Shown in pieces: positions 20,464 through 32,708 of a DNA stretch of 64,000 nucleotides. The DNA comes from Hormoscilla sp. (GTDB taxonomy: Bacteria; Cyanobacteriota; Cyanobacteriia; Cyanobacteriales; Desertifilaceae). The position numbers were made by a program, and so were the translations under genes. The DNA lies in NCBI GenBank assembly GCA_051439505.1, contig JBFRWI010000135.1, forward strand, positions 1-64,000. Reading direction: 5' to 3'. Positions within the stretch are counted from its first letter, which is position 1. Each line of letters opens with the position of its first letter. The notes under the pieces were generated by a model. That model was not told the DNA's origin. It worked only from the letters and a program-made list of their open reading frames with translations, and did not search any database.

Positions 20464-23400
20464 ATGAGCATGGTGAATATTGCCGGATACGAGAATTTAA
20501 TGCCTCTCCATGAGAGTGCGAACTCAATCTTGTATCGCGCCAGACGGGTAGGCGATCGCCAACCGGTCATACTCAAGCTTCTCAAGCAAGATTATCCCAC
20601 GCCGGAGCAAATTAGACGTTACAAACAAGAATATCACCTGACTTGCCAGTTAGACTCCCCGGGGATTGTCAAAGCATACGAGCTGGTAGAATGGGAACGA
20701 AGTTATGCGATCGTCCTGGAAGATATGGGCGGAATTTCCCTCAAAGAATGGCTGTCAGAGCGAGAAAAACTTTCCCTGGCAGAATTTTTAGGGATGGCGA
20801 TCGCCATAACAGAAAGTTTGGGACAAATTCACGCCCAAAGGATTATTCACAAAGATATAAATCCAGGGGATATCGTTTTTAATCCGGAAACAAAAGAACT
20901 GAAAATAATTGATTTTGGCATTTCCACCCAACTGAGTAGAGAAAATCCGACCCTGAAAAATCCCAATGTGTTAGAAGGGACATTGGCCTATATTTCTCCA
21001 GAACAAACAGGGAGAATGAACCGCAGTTTAGACTATCGCACGGATTTTTATTCCTTGGGGGTAACATTCTACGAGCTGTTAACCCAAAAAGTACCTTATG
21101 AAACAGAAGATGCCCTGGAATTAGTCCACTGTCATCTGGCAAAAGAACCCATAGCACCCTCGGAAATAGACCCGTCAATTCCGCGAATAATCTCGGAGAT
21201 AGTGCTGAAATTGATGGCGAAAAATGCCGAAGAGCGCTATCAAAGTTCCTGGGGATTAAAAGCGGATCTAGAAAATTGTTGGCAGCAATTAGAATCAGCT
21301 GGAAAGATTGAGGTTTTTCCTTTAGCAAATCAAGACATTTCCGATCGCTTCTCTATTCCCCAAAAACTCTACGGAAGGGAAGCAGAAATAGCCACCCTCC
21401 TCGCTGCCTTTGAGAGGGTTGCGGAAACAGGAAAAGTGGAATTGATGATGGTGGCGGGTTATTCGGGAATTGGTAAATCAGCATTGGTTGCCGAAATTCA
21501 TAAACCGAATACGCGACTGCGCGGCTATTTCACGGACGGTAAATTTGACCAGTTTCAGCGCAATATACCCTACTATGCTATTGTCAGCGCCTTGAAGGGA
21601 TTAATGGGACAACTGTTAACGGAAAGCTCTTCAGAACTTGCTGAATGGCGAGAAAAACTTTTAGCCGCAGTTGGTAGTAATGGGCAAGTAATTATTGATG
21701 TCATTCCGGAAGTAGAACTGATTATTGGCAAGCAGCCACCGGTGCCTGAGTTAGGGCCAACTGAGTCGCAAAATCGCTTTAATCGTGTCTTTAGTCAGTT
21801 CATCCGAGCCTTTTGCACAAAAGAGCATCCTTTGGTTATCTTCCTGGATGATTTACAGTGGGCAGACTCAGCCACCCTCAAGTTAATCGAACTGATGATG
21901 ACGGATAGCGAAACAGAATATTTATTCCTCATTGGAGCTTATCGGGATAATGAAGTCAGCCCCACACATCCTTTGATGATGACCCTTGATAAATTGCAAA
22001 AACAAGGGGCAGTTGTAAATTATATTACCTTAGCACCCTTAGCATTAGAGCATATTAGCCAACTCATTGCTGACACATTACACAGTGACCGTGATGAGGT
22101 CAAATATTTAGCAAACTTGGTGAAGCGAAAAACTGGCGGTAATCCCTTTTTTGCTAATCAATTTCTGAAAACATTGCACGATGAAAAATTGATCGCGTTC
22201 GATTTTCAGCGTCACGTTTTCCTATGGGATATTTCTGACATTGAAGCCCAGGACATTACGGATAACGTAGTGGAATTGATGATTGGCAAGTTGAAGAAAC
22301 TGCCAGAATCCACACAGCAGGTTTTACGTTTAGCCGCTTGTATCGGTGCTGATTTTGATTTAAAGACGAGTTCTATTATTTGTGAAAAATCTCAAGAAGA
22401 AGTTTTTCCAGATCTAGTAACAGCAATTAAATCTGGATTGATTTTGCCCCGTTCTGAGTTAGATATAGAGCTTTTAATTCAAGATTACAAGTTCCTCCAC
22501 GACCGAGTTCAACAAGCGGCCTATGCCTTGATTGATGAAGCGCAAAAAACAGCAGTCCACTTAAAAATTGGTCGGTTACTGTTGCAGAATACGGAGCATG
22601 AGGCTTTATCGGAAGAGATATTTAAGATCGTCGATCATTTCAATATCGGTGTTGAAATGGTGACTCATCAAGCTGAACGAGATCAAATTGCTCAACTAAA
22701 TTTGATGGCTGGCAAAAAAGCTAAATCAGCAACGGCTTATAATGCTTCAGTTACATATTTTAAAGTAGGACGGGAACTCCTGAGTGCGGATTGTTGGCAG
22801 ACTGCTTATGACCTAGCCTTATCTTTATATGAGGAAGCAGCAGAGGCAGCGTACTTATGTGGTGACTTTAGGGCGATGAAGCAATGGACTGAAATTGTCA
22901 AAAAAATTGCCAAAACCATTGTGGAAAAAGTGAATGTATATAATGTATAAATTCAAGCAGCAGCGTCCCAGGGGAACGTTAAAGAATCTCTTAAAATTGG
23001 TCTGAATGTTTTGGACAGATTGGGATTTTGCTTACCGGGAAACCCTAGTAAATTGGATGTTAAAAAAGGAATGGATGAAACTTCGTCGCTGTTAACAGGA
23101 CGGGAAATAGAGGAGCTAATCGATCTGCCGGAAATGACATCTCCAGAAGCGCTAGCAGCCATGTTTATTCTAGGGAGTACCGTTGCTGCCGCGTATATCG
23201 CTAACTCTGAACTTTTTTTGCTAAATACTTGTCAACAAGTTAATTTATCCATCAAATACGGCAATGCTACTTGGTCTGCGTTCGGTTATGCTAGTTACGC
23301 TATAAATTTATGTGGGATGAGTGAAGACATTGAATCTGGCTATAAGTTTGGTAAGTTGGCTTTAAACTTGCTGGAACGCTTAAATGCCCAGAAAGTAAAG

Positions 23401-26400
23401 TCAAAAGTATTCGATCTTGTTGGGGGTCTTGTATTACATTGAAAAGAGCATTTCCGGGCAACAATACCCTTGGTGATTGAGGGCTATAAAAGCGGAATAG
23501 AAACGGGAGATTTTGAATTTGCGGGCTATTCGGCATTTAATATATGCGCTTATTTATATTTAATCGGTGTGGAACTGAGAGAAGTAGAACAGCAAATAGT
23601 GACTTACAGTAATGCCATTGCTCAAATCAGGCGGGATATTCCTTTTGGTTGGGTTGCAACTTTTCGGCAGGCAATTCTTAATTTATTGGGACGTTCTGAA
23701 AATATCATTCGTTTAATTGGGGATGGCTACAACGAGGAAAAATCTATACCCGAAAATGACATAACTCTACATTTTCTATTCTATCTAAACAAACTTATCT
23801 TGTGCTATCTATTTGGAGAAAAACACCAAGCTGTAGAAAATGCTAGAGCAGCAGATCAATATTTGGATGGAGTGAAATCAATGATTGTTGAAGCTCCGTT
23901 CAACTTTTATGATTCTCTAGCCCATCTAGGTGTGTTCGGCGATATGTCAAACTCAGAGAAACAAGATCTGCTCGATCGGGTAGAGAAGAATCAAGCAAAG
24001 ATGGGTATATGGGCCGGGCACGCTCCGATGAATAACAAGCATAAATTAGATTTGGTAGAAGCTGAAAAATGCAGAGTTTTAGGGCAAAAGGCAGAAGCGA
24101 TCGAGCTATACAACAAGGCCATAGCTGGAGCCAAAGAAAACGAATACATCCAAGAAGAAGCCCTCGCCAACGAACTGGCTGCCAAGTTCTACCTCGACTG
24201 GGGGCAAGAAAAGATTGCCCGCGTGTATATGATGGACGCTCATTACTGCTATACTCGCTGGGGGGCAACAGCGAAGGTAAGGCACCTGGAAGAAAATTAT
24301 CCTCAATTGTGTCCATCTCCCACGGTCAAAACTTCTGGCGAGACCCCAACAAAAAGCGTTACCACCACTGACTCCACCCGCACCAGTAGTGGGGAAATGC
24401 TAGACCTAGGGACAGTAATGAAAGCCACAAGAGCGCTCTCAGGGGAAATTGTTCTCGACAAGCTTCTGGCAAAACTAATGAAAATCGCCATTGAAAACGC
24501 CGGTGCTCAAAAAGGCTACCTCCTTCTGCAAACGGAAGAGGCTCAATGGACCATCGAAGCCTCTGGGCGCATCGACACCGAAGAAGTCGCCACCCACCAA
24601 TCCCAACCGATCGACAGTCTCGACCCCCCGATCTCAACAGCCATAATCAACTACGTGGCCCGCACTCTTGAAAATGTCGTCCTCGCCGATGCTGCAAATA
24701 TTGGGCAATATACCCGGGATCCTTACATCGTCGCTATCAAACCAAAATCCCTACTCTGCACCCCCCTAGTCAACCAAGGGAAACTCTCGGGTATTCTCTA
24801 CCTAGAAAACAATTTGGCCACGGGAGTATTTACCAAAGAACGGCTCCAAATCCTGCAAGTGCTATCCTCCCAGGCCGCGATCGCGATCGACAACGCCCGC
24901 CTCTACAAGCAACTAGAAAGCTACAGCCACAACCTAGAAGATCAAGTCTCACTCCGCACTGCCCAACTAGCCGACGCCACCCGCAAAGCCGAAGCAGCAA
25001 ACGAAGCCAAAAGTGCCTTTATCGCTAACATGTCTCACGAGTTGCGCACCCCCCTCAACGCCATCCTGGGTTTTTCCCAACTCCTAACCCGGAGTCAAAG
25101 TCTAGGTCGCGAACAGCAAGAAAACGTCAGCATTATTTCTCGCAGCGGCGAACATTTACTGACTCTCATCAACCAAGTGCTAGATTTATCAAAAATCGAA
25201 GCGGGGCGCATCACCCTCAACCCCAAAAACTTCGACCTCTATCGCTTGTTGGACGAGATCGAAGACTTGTTAGGGTTCAAAGCATCGGAGAAAGGATTGC
25301 AGTTAGCGTGCTTAAAAGAACCCGACACCCCCCGCTACATCAACACCGACGAAATGAAATTGCGGCAAGTATTGATTAACCTCATCAACAACGCCATCAA
25401 ATTCACCTCAGAAGGAGGGATAGCGGTGCGAGTCTGCCAAAAAGCCGAAACTTCTCCTAATATCGAGTTAGAATTTGAAATAGAAGATACCGGTGCGGGT
25501 ATCGCCCCAGAGGAAATAGACGGTTTGTTTGAAGCCTTCGTACAAACTGCCACTGGTAAAGAAGCCCAAGAGGGGACCGGTTTGGGATTGCCCATATCCC
25601 GCAAATTCGTACAGCTGATGGGAGGGGATATCGTCGTTACCAGCGCAGTGGGACGGGGCACGACTTTTAAGTTCAACATTCAAGCAACCCGGAGTTCGGA
25701 GGCAAATGTAGAGCGGAAACTACCTCAGCGGCGGGCGATCGCGTTGGCTCCAAATCAACCCCGCTATCGGCTTTTGGTAGTGGATGACAAACCAACCAAC
25801 CGGCAGTTGTTAATTAAATTGCTGGTGCCCTTCGGTTTTGAAGTCCAAGAGGCCGCCAACGGTCGGGAAGCCGTCGAAATTTACCAACAATGGCAGGCCG
25901 ATTTAATTTTTATGGATATGCGGATGCCCGTCATGGATGGTTACGAAGCTACTGGACAAATTAAATCTCTAGCGGGGGATAAAAGTTGCTTCGTCGTGGC
26001 GGTGACTGCCAGCGTTTTAGAGGAAGAAAAAGCGGTGGTGCTAGAGGCGGGATGCGACGATTTTCTGCGCAAACCCTTTAAGGATGGGGAAATATTAGAG
26101 GCGATCGCCCGGCATTTAAGGGCGGAATTTATTTATGAAGAAGCGGCAAGTATGGCCGACAATGACAGTGAGGAGAAATTGTTAACAGCAGAAGCATTAG
26201 CTGCGGTGCCGTCGGAATTATTAACTGCTATAGAAGATGGACTGACAGCAAGTTTAACTCTCGAAGAACTCCAAGATGTAATTGATGCTATAGCTAGTCA
26301 TGTTCCTGCTGTCGGGAGTAAATTAGAGAACTTGGTTCGCGATTTTCGTTACGAGGAAGTTTTGAATTTAATTGAGAAGAGTAAATCCGTTAATCGGTAA
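20464..26400 (+). pseudogene. Ser/Thr kinase-AAA ATPase-GAF-histidine kinase-receiver hybrid with two in-frame nonsense codons
   Basis: ORFs 20452-22950, 23011-23442 and 23470-26400 are in one frame, broken by TAA (22948-22950) and TGA (23440-23442, at HWKE). Motifs HKDINP/DFG, GYSGIGKS, MSHELRTPLN, GTGLGL, FMDMRMP. Confidence 0.9.
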
Positions 26401-26697
26401 GCTAATAATTGCCAAAAAATAAATCGCTCTGTTATGAGAACCATTTCAGATCGAACATTGGCTTTGCTCGATCGCCTGGATGCCCGAAACCGCCGCTCAT
26501 TAACATGATTTTCCCTCTTTCCTCGTTTTTTTAATATTGTTTTAATCTTAGGCCCTCTGGAAGATGAGCGATCGCCTTAACAAAAATTTAAGGTGAAACC
26601 AGGGTAGATGGGACAAGGTTCAATAGTAAACTAGGGAGATTAACAACAGGATAATCTGAAAATAAGCGTAATTAGCCAAGGGTTAAAGGAGTAAGAA

Positions 26698-28755
26698 ATG
26701 GACGAAACAGGAGTATCGCGCAGTCGCAATGTGGCCATTGTGGGTCCGTATTTAAGCGGTAAAACCACCCTGCTAGAAAGTTTGCTGTACGTCACGGGGG
26801 CGACTTCGCGCAAAGGGAGCGTGAAAGAAGGTAATACGGTGGGGGATGGTTCCCCAGAGGCCCGCGATCGGCAGATGACTGTGGAGGTGAACTTTGCCAG
26901 CACGGACTATGAAGGGATCCACTTCACATTTCTGGACTGCCCGGGTTCGATAGAATTTGCCCAGGAAACCTATAATGCCCTCATGGGCGTGGGTGCAGCA
27001 GTGGTGGTCTGCGAACCGGAACCCGATCGGGTACTGGCCCTCGCCCCGTTGTTTAAGTTCCTCGACGACTGGAAAATTCCTCACCTGGTCTTTGTCAACA
27101 AAATGGACCGGGTCTGTACTGAGGAAGTGCGCTGCGCCACTAGCTTTACAGAGGTACTCAAGGCGCTGAAGACTGTCTCTAGTCGTCCCGTCATCCCCCA
27201 TCAATATCCCATCGGCAAAGGACAAGAACTGGTGGGATATATCGATCTGGTGAGCGAACAAGCTTATCATTACCATCCCGGTGCCCCGGCAGAGCCAGTA
27301 CAGCTGCCAGAGTCTCTCCAAGAACAGGAGCACAAGGCACGTACCCAAATGTTAGAAACTTTAGCAGACTTTGACGACCATCTGCTAGAAGAACTGGTAG
27401 AAGAAATTGAACCACCACAAGAAGAAATTATCAAAGATTTGAAGATGGAACTGGGGGCAGATTTGATCGTACCCGTGTTCCTGGGCGTGGCAGAACAAAG
27501 TGCTGGGGTACGACCGCTGCTAGATGCCCTGCGGCGGGAAGCACCAGACCCAGCTGCTACTTCCGAACGGCGCGGAGTTAATACCTCCTTAGACACGCCT
27601 TTAGCTCAGGTTTTGAAAACCTATTATAGTCCCCAAGGAGGCAAGCTTTCTCTGGTGCGAGTTTGGCGGGGCGAGTTGACTGATGGTATGGTCCTCAATG
27701 GCGTCCGCACGGGTGGCATTTACCGCTTGTTCGGACAGCAACAGCAGTCCCTAGCAAAAGCTAGTATTGGTGAAATTGTGGCCCTGGCCCGGATGGAGGA
27801 GATTAAAACCGGAGATACCCTCTCTACTAATGCTAAGGTGAAAGCACTTCCTCGGGCCGAACAACTGCCTCCCGTTTATGCAATGGCGATCGCCGCAGAA
27901 AAGCGCAAGGATGAAGTGAAGCTAACCACTGCTTTAGCGAAATTGCTAGAAGAAGACCCATCTATGTACTGGGATCAAGATGGCGACACCCACGAAATTA
28001 TCCTTTGGGGCCAGGGAGAAATTCATCTGAAGGTGAGTCTAGACCGACTGCGGCGCAAGTACAACTTGCCGATAAATACCCACTTGCCCCACATTGCTTA
28101 TAAGGAAACGATCCGCAAACCCGCTGCGCGGATACACGGGCGCTACAAGCATCAAAGTGGCGGTCACGGTCAGTTTGGAGATGTCTATCTAGATATTCAA
28201 CCTCTGTCACGGGGAGAAGGCTTCAGCTTCAGTCAAAAAATTGTCGGTGGCGTGGTGCCGAAGCAGTATATTCCGGGCGTGGAAACGGGCGTGCGGGAGT
28301 ATCTGGTACAGGGGCCCTTGGGTTTCCCGGTGGTGGATGTGGCGGTAACTCTGACTGATGGTTCTCATCACTCGGTTGATAGTTCCGAACAGGCTTTTAA
28401 GCAAGCTGCCCGCATCGCCATGACCGAGGGAATGCCTAAGTGTCAACCGACTCTCCTAGAACCGATCGCGGCTATTGAGGTAACTGCACCCAGCGAGTTT
28501 ACTTCTAAAGTGTTGCAGCTAGTTACTACCCGTCGGGGACAGATTTTGGGTTATGATGCTGTCTCAGATTGGCAGGGCTGGGATACGGTTTCGGCTTACT
28601 TGCCTCAGGCGGAAATGCAGGACTTTATTATTGAACTACGATCGGGGACTTTGGGTGTGGGCTTCTTCAACTGGAAGTACGACCACCTACAAGAGGTGCC
28701 AGATAAGCTAGCAGAACGGGTGATCGCCATGAATGACAATGGTAATGGTAAATAA
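26698..28755 (+). CDS. Elongation factor G paralogue (EF-G2 type)
   Basis: Divergent G1 GPYLSGKT, DCPG, NKMD, EEDPS, GQGEIHL, KHQSGGHGQFG, LLEPI. Confidence 0.93.
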   Translation: MDETGVSRSRNVAIVGPYLSGKTTLLESLLYVTGATSRKGSVKEGNTVGDGSPEARDRQMTVEVNFASTDYEGIHFTFLDCPGSIEFAQETYNALMGVGAAVVVCEPEPDRVLALAPLFKFLDDWKIPHLVFVNKMDRVCTEEVRCATSFTEVLKALKTVSSRPVIPHQYPIGKGQELVGYIDLVSEQAYHYHPGAPAEPVQLPESLQEQEHKARTQMLETLADFDDHLLEELVEEIEPPQEEIIKDLKMELGADLIVPVFLGVAEQSAGVRPLLDALRREAPDPAATSERRGVNTSLDTPLAQVLKTYYSPQGGKLSLVRVWRGELTDGMVLNGVRTGGIYRLFGQQQQSLAKASIGEIVALARMEEIKTGDTLSTNAKVKALPRAEQLPPVYAMAIAAEKRKDEVKLTTALAKLLEEDPSMYWDQDGDTHEIILWGQGEIHLKVSLDRLRRKYNLPINTHLPHIAYKETIRKPAARIHGRYKHQSGGHGQFGDVYLDIQPLSRGEGFSFSQKIVGGVVPKQYIPGVETGVREYLVQGPLGFPVVDVAVTLTDGSHHSVDSSEQAFKQAARIAMTEGMPKCQPTLLEPIAAIEVTAPSEFTSKVLQLVTTRRGQILGYDAVSDWQGWDTVSAYLPQAEMQDFIIELRSGTLGVGFFNWKYDHLQEVPDKLAERVIAMNDNGNGK

Positions 28756-28779
28756 AATTGCCATTCGTTTGTCCCGTTA

Positions 28780-28890
28780 GCCCGCCGGGGGTTCAAACCC
28801 CCGCGTTCCCAGGCGGGAGCCAGGGAACTCGGCTTTGTGTCGGTTGAAAACCGACTAAAAATATTGTAGTAGGGTGGGCACCGCCCACCA
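28780..28890. repeat. Composite repeat: double-hairpin element interrupted by another palindrome, followed by GTAG REP
   Basis: CCCGCCGGGGGTTCAAACCCCCG + [GTTCCCAGGCGGGAGCCAGGGAAC] + GTCGGTTGAAAACCGACTAAAA + GTAGGGTGGGCACCGCCCACC. Confidence 0.7.
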
Positions 28891-29019
28891 GAAAATGATG
28901 GTGTCAGGGAGGCGATCGCCCTCAAAAGCAAATTTGTAGAAAAAATAATTGTCGGCAGGATATTTTTGAGGAAAGGGTTGTATAATGGAAAGAGGATAAA
29001 GCTGTGGAGAACAGTAAGG

Positions 29020-29316
29020 ATGACTGACTATCAACCCGAACGGCTGGACCGAATTGAAGCTTTAGTTGAAAAAATAGGTCAAAGAGTCGATTCTAATGCC
29101 CGTGATCTTGAGGCCATGGGTGATGACGTCCATAAGTGGCAGCAAGAGTCGCAACGTGACCGCTCTCGTTTATACCAAGCAATGACTCAGCTAGCTCAAA
29201 CCCAGGCTAATTTCTATGAAAGGCTAGATGAGTTGGATCGACGGCAGGACGATCTATCTCGCCGACAAGGTGAAATTGTAGAAATTCTCAAGTTACTGAC
29301 TCAAAAATTGCAGTAG
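29020..29316 (+). CDS. Small coiled-coil hypothetical protein
   Basis: ERLDRIEALVE...SNAR...RQGEIVEILKLL; heptad pattern; AAGG RBS. Confidence 0.8.
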   Translation: MTDYQPERLDRIEALVEKIGQRVDSNARDLEAMGDDVHKWQQESQRDRSRLYQAMTQLAQTQANFYERLDELDRRQDDLSRRQGEIVEILKLLTQKLQ

Positions 29317-29480
29317 TATGGTCTAATGGTCTATACTACCTGCCATAAAATTCTGCACAAGTCCTAGTTTCCAGGCCGTTCCTGGGAACTAGATGATCGA
29401 GGATATTCATGTTACCTGCTATAGGATAATTCGAGAACTTATGTCATAATGGCAGGAAGATTATGTATGGGAGACTCGTG

Positions 29481-30629
29481 ATGAATGTTGATGCGATCCT
29501 CAACCGCGCCTTGGCAGGTGATGATATTTCCGCCGCCGCCGGAGTGGTGCTTTTACAGCAAAAAGATGAACGGGCGATCGCATCTATCCGGGAAACTGCT
29601 GACCAACTGCGTCGCCAGCAAGCAGGGGATATCGTCACCTACGTCATCAACCGCAATATTAATTTCACGAATATCTGCGAACAGCACTGTAGTTTCTGTG
29701 CCTTTCGCCGGGATGAAGGGCAAAAGGATGCTTACTGGTTAGACTGGGGGCAAATTATAGAAAAAACTACTGATGCTGTCCGCCGAGGGGCGACGGAAAT
29801 TTGCATGCAGGGCGGACTGAATCTGAAAGCAAAAATTAATGGTGCTTCCTTACCTTATTATCTACAATTGGTGAGCAGCATTAAAGATCGGTTTCCCCAG
29901 TTGCATTTACACGCCTTTTCTCCCCAAGAAGTGCAATTTATTGCTAGGGAAGATGGCATTTCCTATGCTGAAATCATTGCTGCTTTGCAGTCGGCGGGAG
30001 TTGATTCCATGCCGGGAACCGCAGCAGAAGTTTTAGATGATAATGTCCGGCGGGTAATTTGTCCGGAAAAAATTGATACAGCAACTTGGTTGGAAATTGT
30101 CGCCACTGCCCATAAGTTGGGAATGCCCAGTACCAGTACCATGCTTTGCGGTCACGTGGAAACGCCCGCACAGCAGATGGGGCATTTGGAAAAGTTGCGG
30201 ACTTTGCAACAAAAATCTCTTCAGCAGGGAGAAACTGCCTTGACAGAATTTATCCTCTTGCCCTTTGTGGGACAAGAAGCGCCCTTACCTTTGCGGCGGC
30301 GGGTGGGACGGGATCAACCGGTTTTATCGGATGCTTTGTTGCTGACAGCGGTAGCGCGAATTTTCCTGGGAAATTGGATTTCTAATCATCAACCCAGTTG
30401 GGTGAAGTTGGGTTTAGCGGGTGCAACTGAGGCCCTGCGCTGGGGATGTAACGATCTTGGAGGTACCTTGATGGAAGAACATATCTCTACGATGGCGGGG
30501 GCCCCGGGGGGCACTTGCATGGCAGTGAAAACTTTGCAGCAGGCAATTAGTTCTATTGGCCGTCCTTTCCGGCAGCGGGATACCCTTTATCGGCCTTTGC
30601 CAGAACTGCAACCTGCTGTTTATATTTGA
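29481..30629 (+). CDS. cofH: 7,8-didemethyl-8-hydroxy-5-deazariboflavin (FO) synthase subunit CofH
   Basis: Radical [48 protein letters not shown]. Confidence 0.95.
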   Translation: MNVDAILNRALAGDDISAAAGVVLLQQKDERAIASIRETADQLRRQQAGDIVTYVINRNINFTNICEQHCSFCAFRRDEGQKDAYWLDWGQIIEKTTDAVRRGATEICMQGGLNLKAKINGASLPYYLQLVSSIKDRFPQLHLHAFSPQEVQFIAREDGISYAEIIAALQSAGVDSMPGTAAEVLDDNVRRVICPEKIDTATWLEIVATAHKLGMPSTSTMLCGHVETPAQQMGHLEKLRTLQQKSLQQGETALTEFILLPFVGQEAPLPLRRRVGRDQPVLSDALLLTAVARIFLGNWISNHQPSWVKLGLAGATEALRWGCNDLGGTLMEEHISTMAGAPGGTCMAVKTLQQAISSIGRPFRQRDTLYRPLPELQPAVYI

Positions 30630-31063
30630 TGAGCGATCGCCCCCATATTCTGATATGATTCTTGGGAGTTAAATTCGGCATCCATGAGGTCTTTTACCTT
30701 GGCAAAAATTTCCACTTCTGCTTGTTCTTGATCTGTGAGTTTATCGTAAAAGTATGGTTGAGAAAACCATTCGGTAAAAGCCATTGTCAACAAGCCATTT
30801 TCAGCGATTTCAATCTGCCAATATTGAGAAACTCGACTGTCAACAACTGCAAATAAAGGGGCCGGATTTTCTTGGGGATAGTAGATGTAGTTATCGTCGC
30901 AGATATAGTACCATACTTGTCCCTGCCACGTGTAGAGGGCATAAACTGCGTATTCTTTGCCAATTGTTAAAGGAAACTTTAGTTCTTTTGTGTAACCCAC
31001 GCGCGGATCGAGATAATTTTCAGGAAGATTATCTCCAGTATTGGCAATACAGCGAATTTTCAT
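30620..31063 (-). CDS. Putative immunity protein of polymorphic-toxin type
   Basis: [11 protein letters not shown]...YYICDD..YP...[16 protein letters not shown]...FYDKLTD; lies directly downstream of a toxin-like ORF. Confidence 0.65.
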   Translation of the reverse strand: MKIRCIANTGDNLPENYLDPRVGYTKELKFPLTIGKEYAVYALYTWQGQVWYYICDDNYIYYPQENPAPLFAVVDSRVSQYWQIEIAENGLLTMAFTEWFSQPYFYDKLTDQEQAEVEIFAKVKDLMDAEFNSQESYQNMGAIAHQI

Positions 31064-31075
31064 AACTTATTTACC

Positions 31076-31387
31076 TCACTGATTTGTCGGGGCAGTTTTC
31101 GAGTATTGACGTTTAAACTTGAACTCAACGTTTTGACCTGTAAGAAGGTTTCTAAACCAATGAACTTGGACAGTAATACTATCAATAATCAGGTTTTTTG
31201 TTGTTGTCATTTTAACCCAGTCACCGGGAGAACCGCCGTAGGTAGCTACTAATCGATTGGCATCCCCAAGTGGTTTGCGAGTACCACCCTGAATGGGCCT
31301 ACCCATTCCTGCTTTCGCTTGTTCTAAGAGAAGTTTCTCTTGTAGGTTGGTGGGGCTTTCATCTGGAATTGGTTCTGGATTTGTCAT
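31076..31387 (-). CDS. Stand-alone polymorphic-toxin-like C-terminal domain (putative RNase)
   Basis: PTNLQEKL...RLVATYGG..GDWVKM...VHWFRN..TG..VEFKFK resembles RHS/CDI toxin tips. Confidence 0.6.
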   Translation of the reverse strand: MTNPEPIPDESPTNLQEKLLLEQAKAGMGRPIQGGTRKPLGDANRLVATYGGSPGDWVKMTTTKNLIIDSITVQVHWFRNLLTGQNVEFKFKRQYSKTAPTNQ

Positions 31388-31575
31388 TGTCTGATTTGAG
31401 CGATCGCCTCTCCGTCACCAAGATTTAATGGTGCTGCTAATGCTAGTTTGCTGAGTCAAACATCACTTACATAAAACTACAAAATGTCGGGTGGGCAGTG
31501 CGGTGGGCAGTGCGGTGGGCAGTGCCCACCCTACCGACCATCGCTGGAACTAAATTATGCGATCGCATCTACCGG

Positions 31576-32424
31576 CTATTTACAAGAATCAATCACTGCA
31601 CCTAGATAAGGAAGGAATTTACCAAACCAATTATCCCAGACTCGACCGTTTTTCATGTCGAACGCCACAAAGGAGTTCACAGTATTGCGCCATTGAGCAT
31701 TCTCATCTCCTGTCGGCAGTATCATTCCATAAGCAGCACAAAATGGACGACCATTCTCATTTATTGGCGTCACAAAATTAAAATCATTTTTGTCCAGACC
31801 GCGCTCGATCGCCGCTCCTATTAAAAGAATCCCATCGCTGGCAAATCCTGTTATTTCACGACGAAAAACAGCACTGAGTCCTTGGTCTCGTCGGGAAAAA
31901 CGATTATCAATTTGAGTCCCTGAGTATACTTGTCGAATGTCAGCTTCAGTCGTAGTTCCCCGGAGCACACCAATTTGACCATTGCCAGCATTATCCAAAT
32001 CTCTTTCTGTTGTTCCAGGTCTGACTATCACTTGTGTAGCTCTGATGAAGAATGGGGCAGAAAACTTGATTCCATGCTGGACTTCTCTCGCGCGGGTTAT
32101 TGTGTTAGGACCGCATTCTAAATGTACCGTCCCCCTGTTGACCAATTCCCACCGTCCTTGTGTTGTCGAGCTGTAAAACATCACTCGCACGGGTCTTTGC
32201 AGTTCTTTGCTCAAGCTTTGTGCGAAAGCTGAGGCTAAATCTACACAATAGCCCTGACGTTCTCTGCCTTTTCTAAATCCAAATAGAAGTGCATCATCTC
32301 TGACTCCAACTTTCAAAACACCAGTGGAGCTAATTTCATTGAGAATTGCTCTTGCTTGACTGGGTAACAGCAGACCTGCTAACGCTAGGCCCAGCAGAAA
32401 GGCTATAATTCGTCTCTTCTTCAT
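31576..32424 (-). CDS. Amino-acid ABC transporter-type substrate-binding protein (family 3), orphan
   Basis: Signal peptide; GVLKVGVRDDA, GYCVDLA, LECGPNTI, FSAPFF, GVLRGTTTE, FASDGILL. Confidence 0.88.
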   Translation of the reverse strand: MKKRRIIAFLLGLALAGLLLPSQARAILNEISSTGVLKVGVRDDALLFGFRKGRERQGYCVDLASAFAQSLSKELQRPVRVMFYSSTTQGRWELVNRGTVHLECGPNTITRAREVQHGIKFSAPFFIRATQVIVRPGTTERDLDNAGNGQIGVLRGTTTEADIRQVYSGTQIDNRFSRRDQGLSAVFRREITGFASDGILLIGAAIERGLDKNDFNFVTPINENGRPFCAAYGMILPTGDENAQWRNTVNSFVAFDMKNGRVWDNWFGKFLPYLGAVIDSCK

Positions 32425-32708
32425 TTGCTCGCCCAACTCCTTTGTCTAAAATGCTATTTTTTATTTCGATGCACCCGCTTTGCCGACTGCCTCTGGAATA
32501 GTTTGGAATTCTTTACTTCTGTACCAGGGCCCGATCGGGGACTGTTAACATCTCCTGACAGTCGCTTCCCCTGTTGGCTCAATTATAACAATGTTCGACA
32601 ACCACAAATACCCTATGTTACAAAAATTTACCATCTTTTCTTCCAGTTGCCACCGGTGTATATCCTCTCTATGTTCCCGATCTTCTCCGTATATATACGA
32701 ACCGGCTT

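Noticed and set aside
22948..23442. Stop-codon reassignment or programmed readthrough
   Set aside because: The internal stops are of three different types (TAA, TGA, and TAG at 6014), and all three terminate normal genes here. Point mutation is simpler.
26698..28755. Calling this the main fusA
   Set aside because: The G1 motif GPYLSGKT and missing canonical switch residues indicate the known secondary EF-G paralogue.
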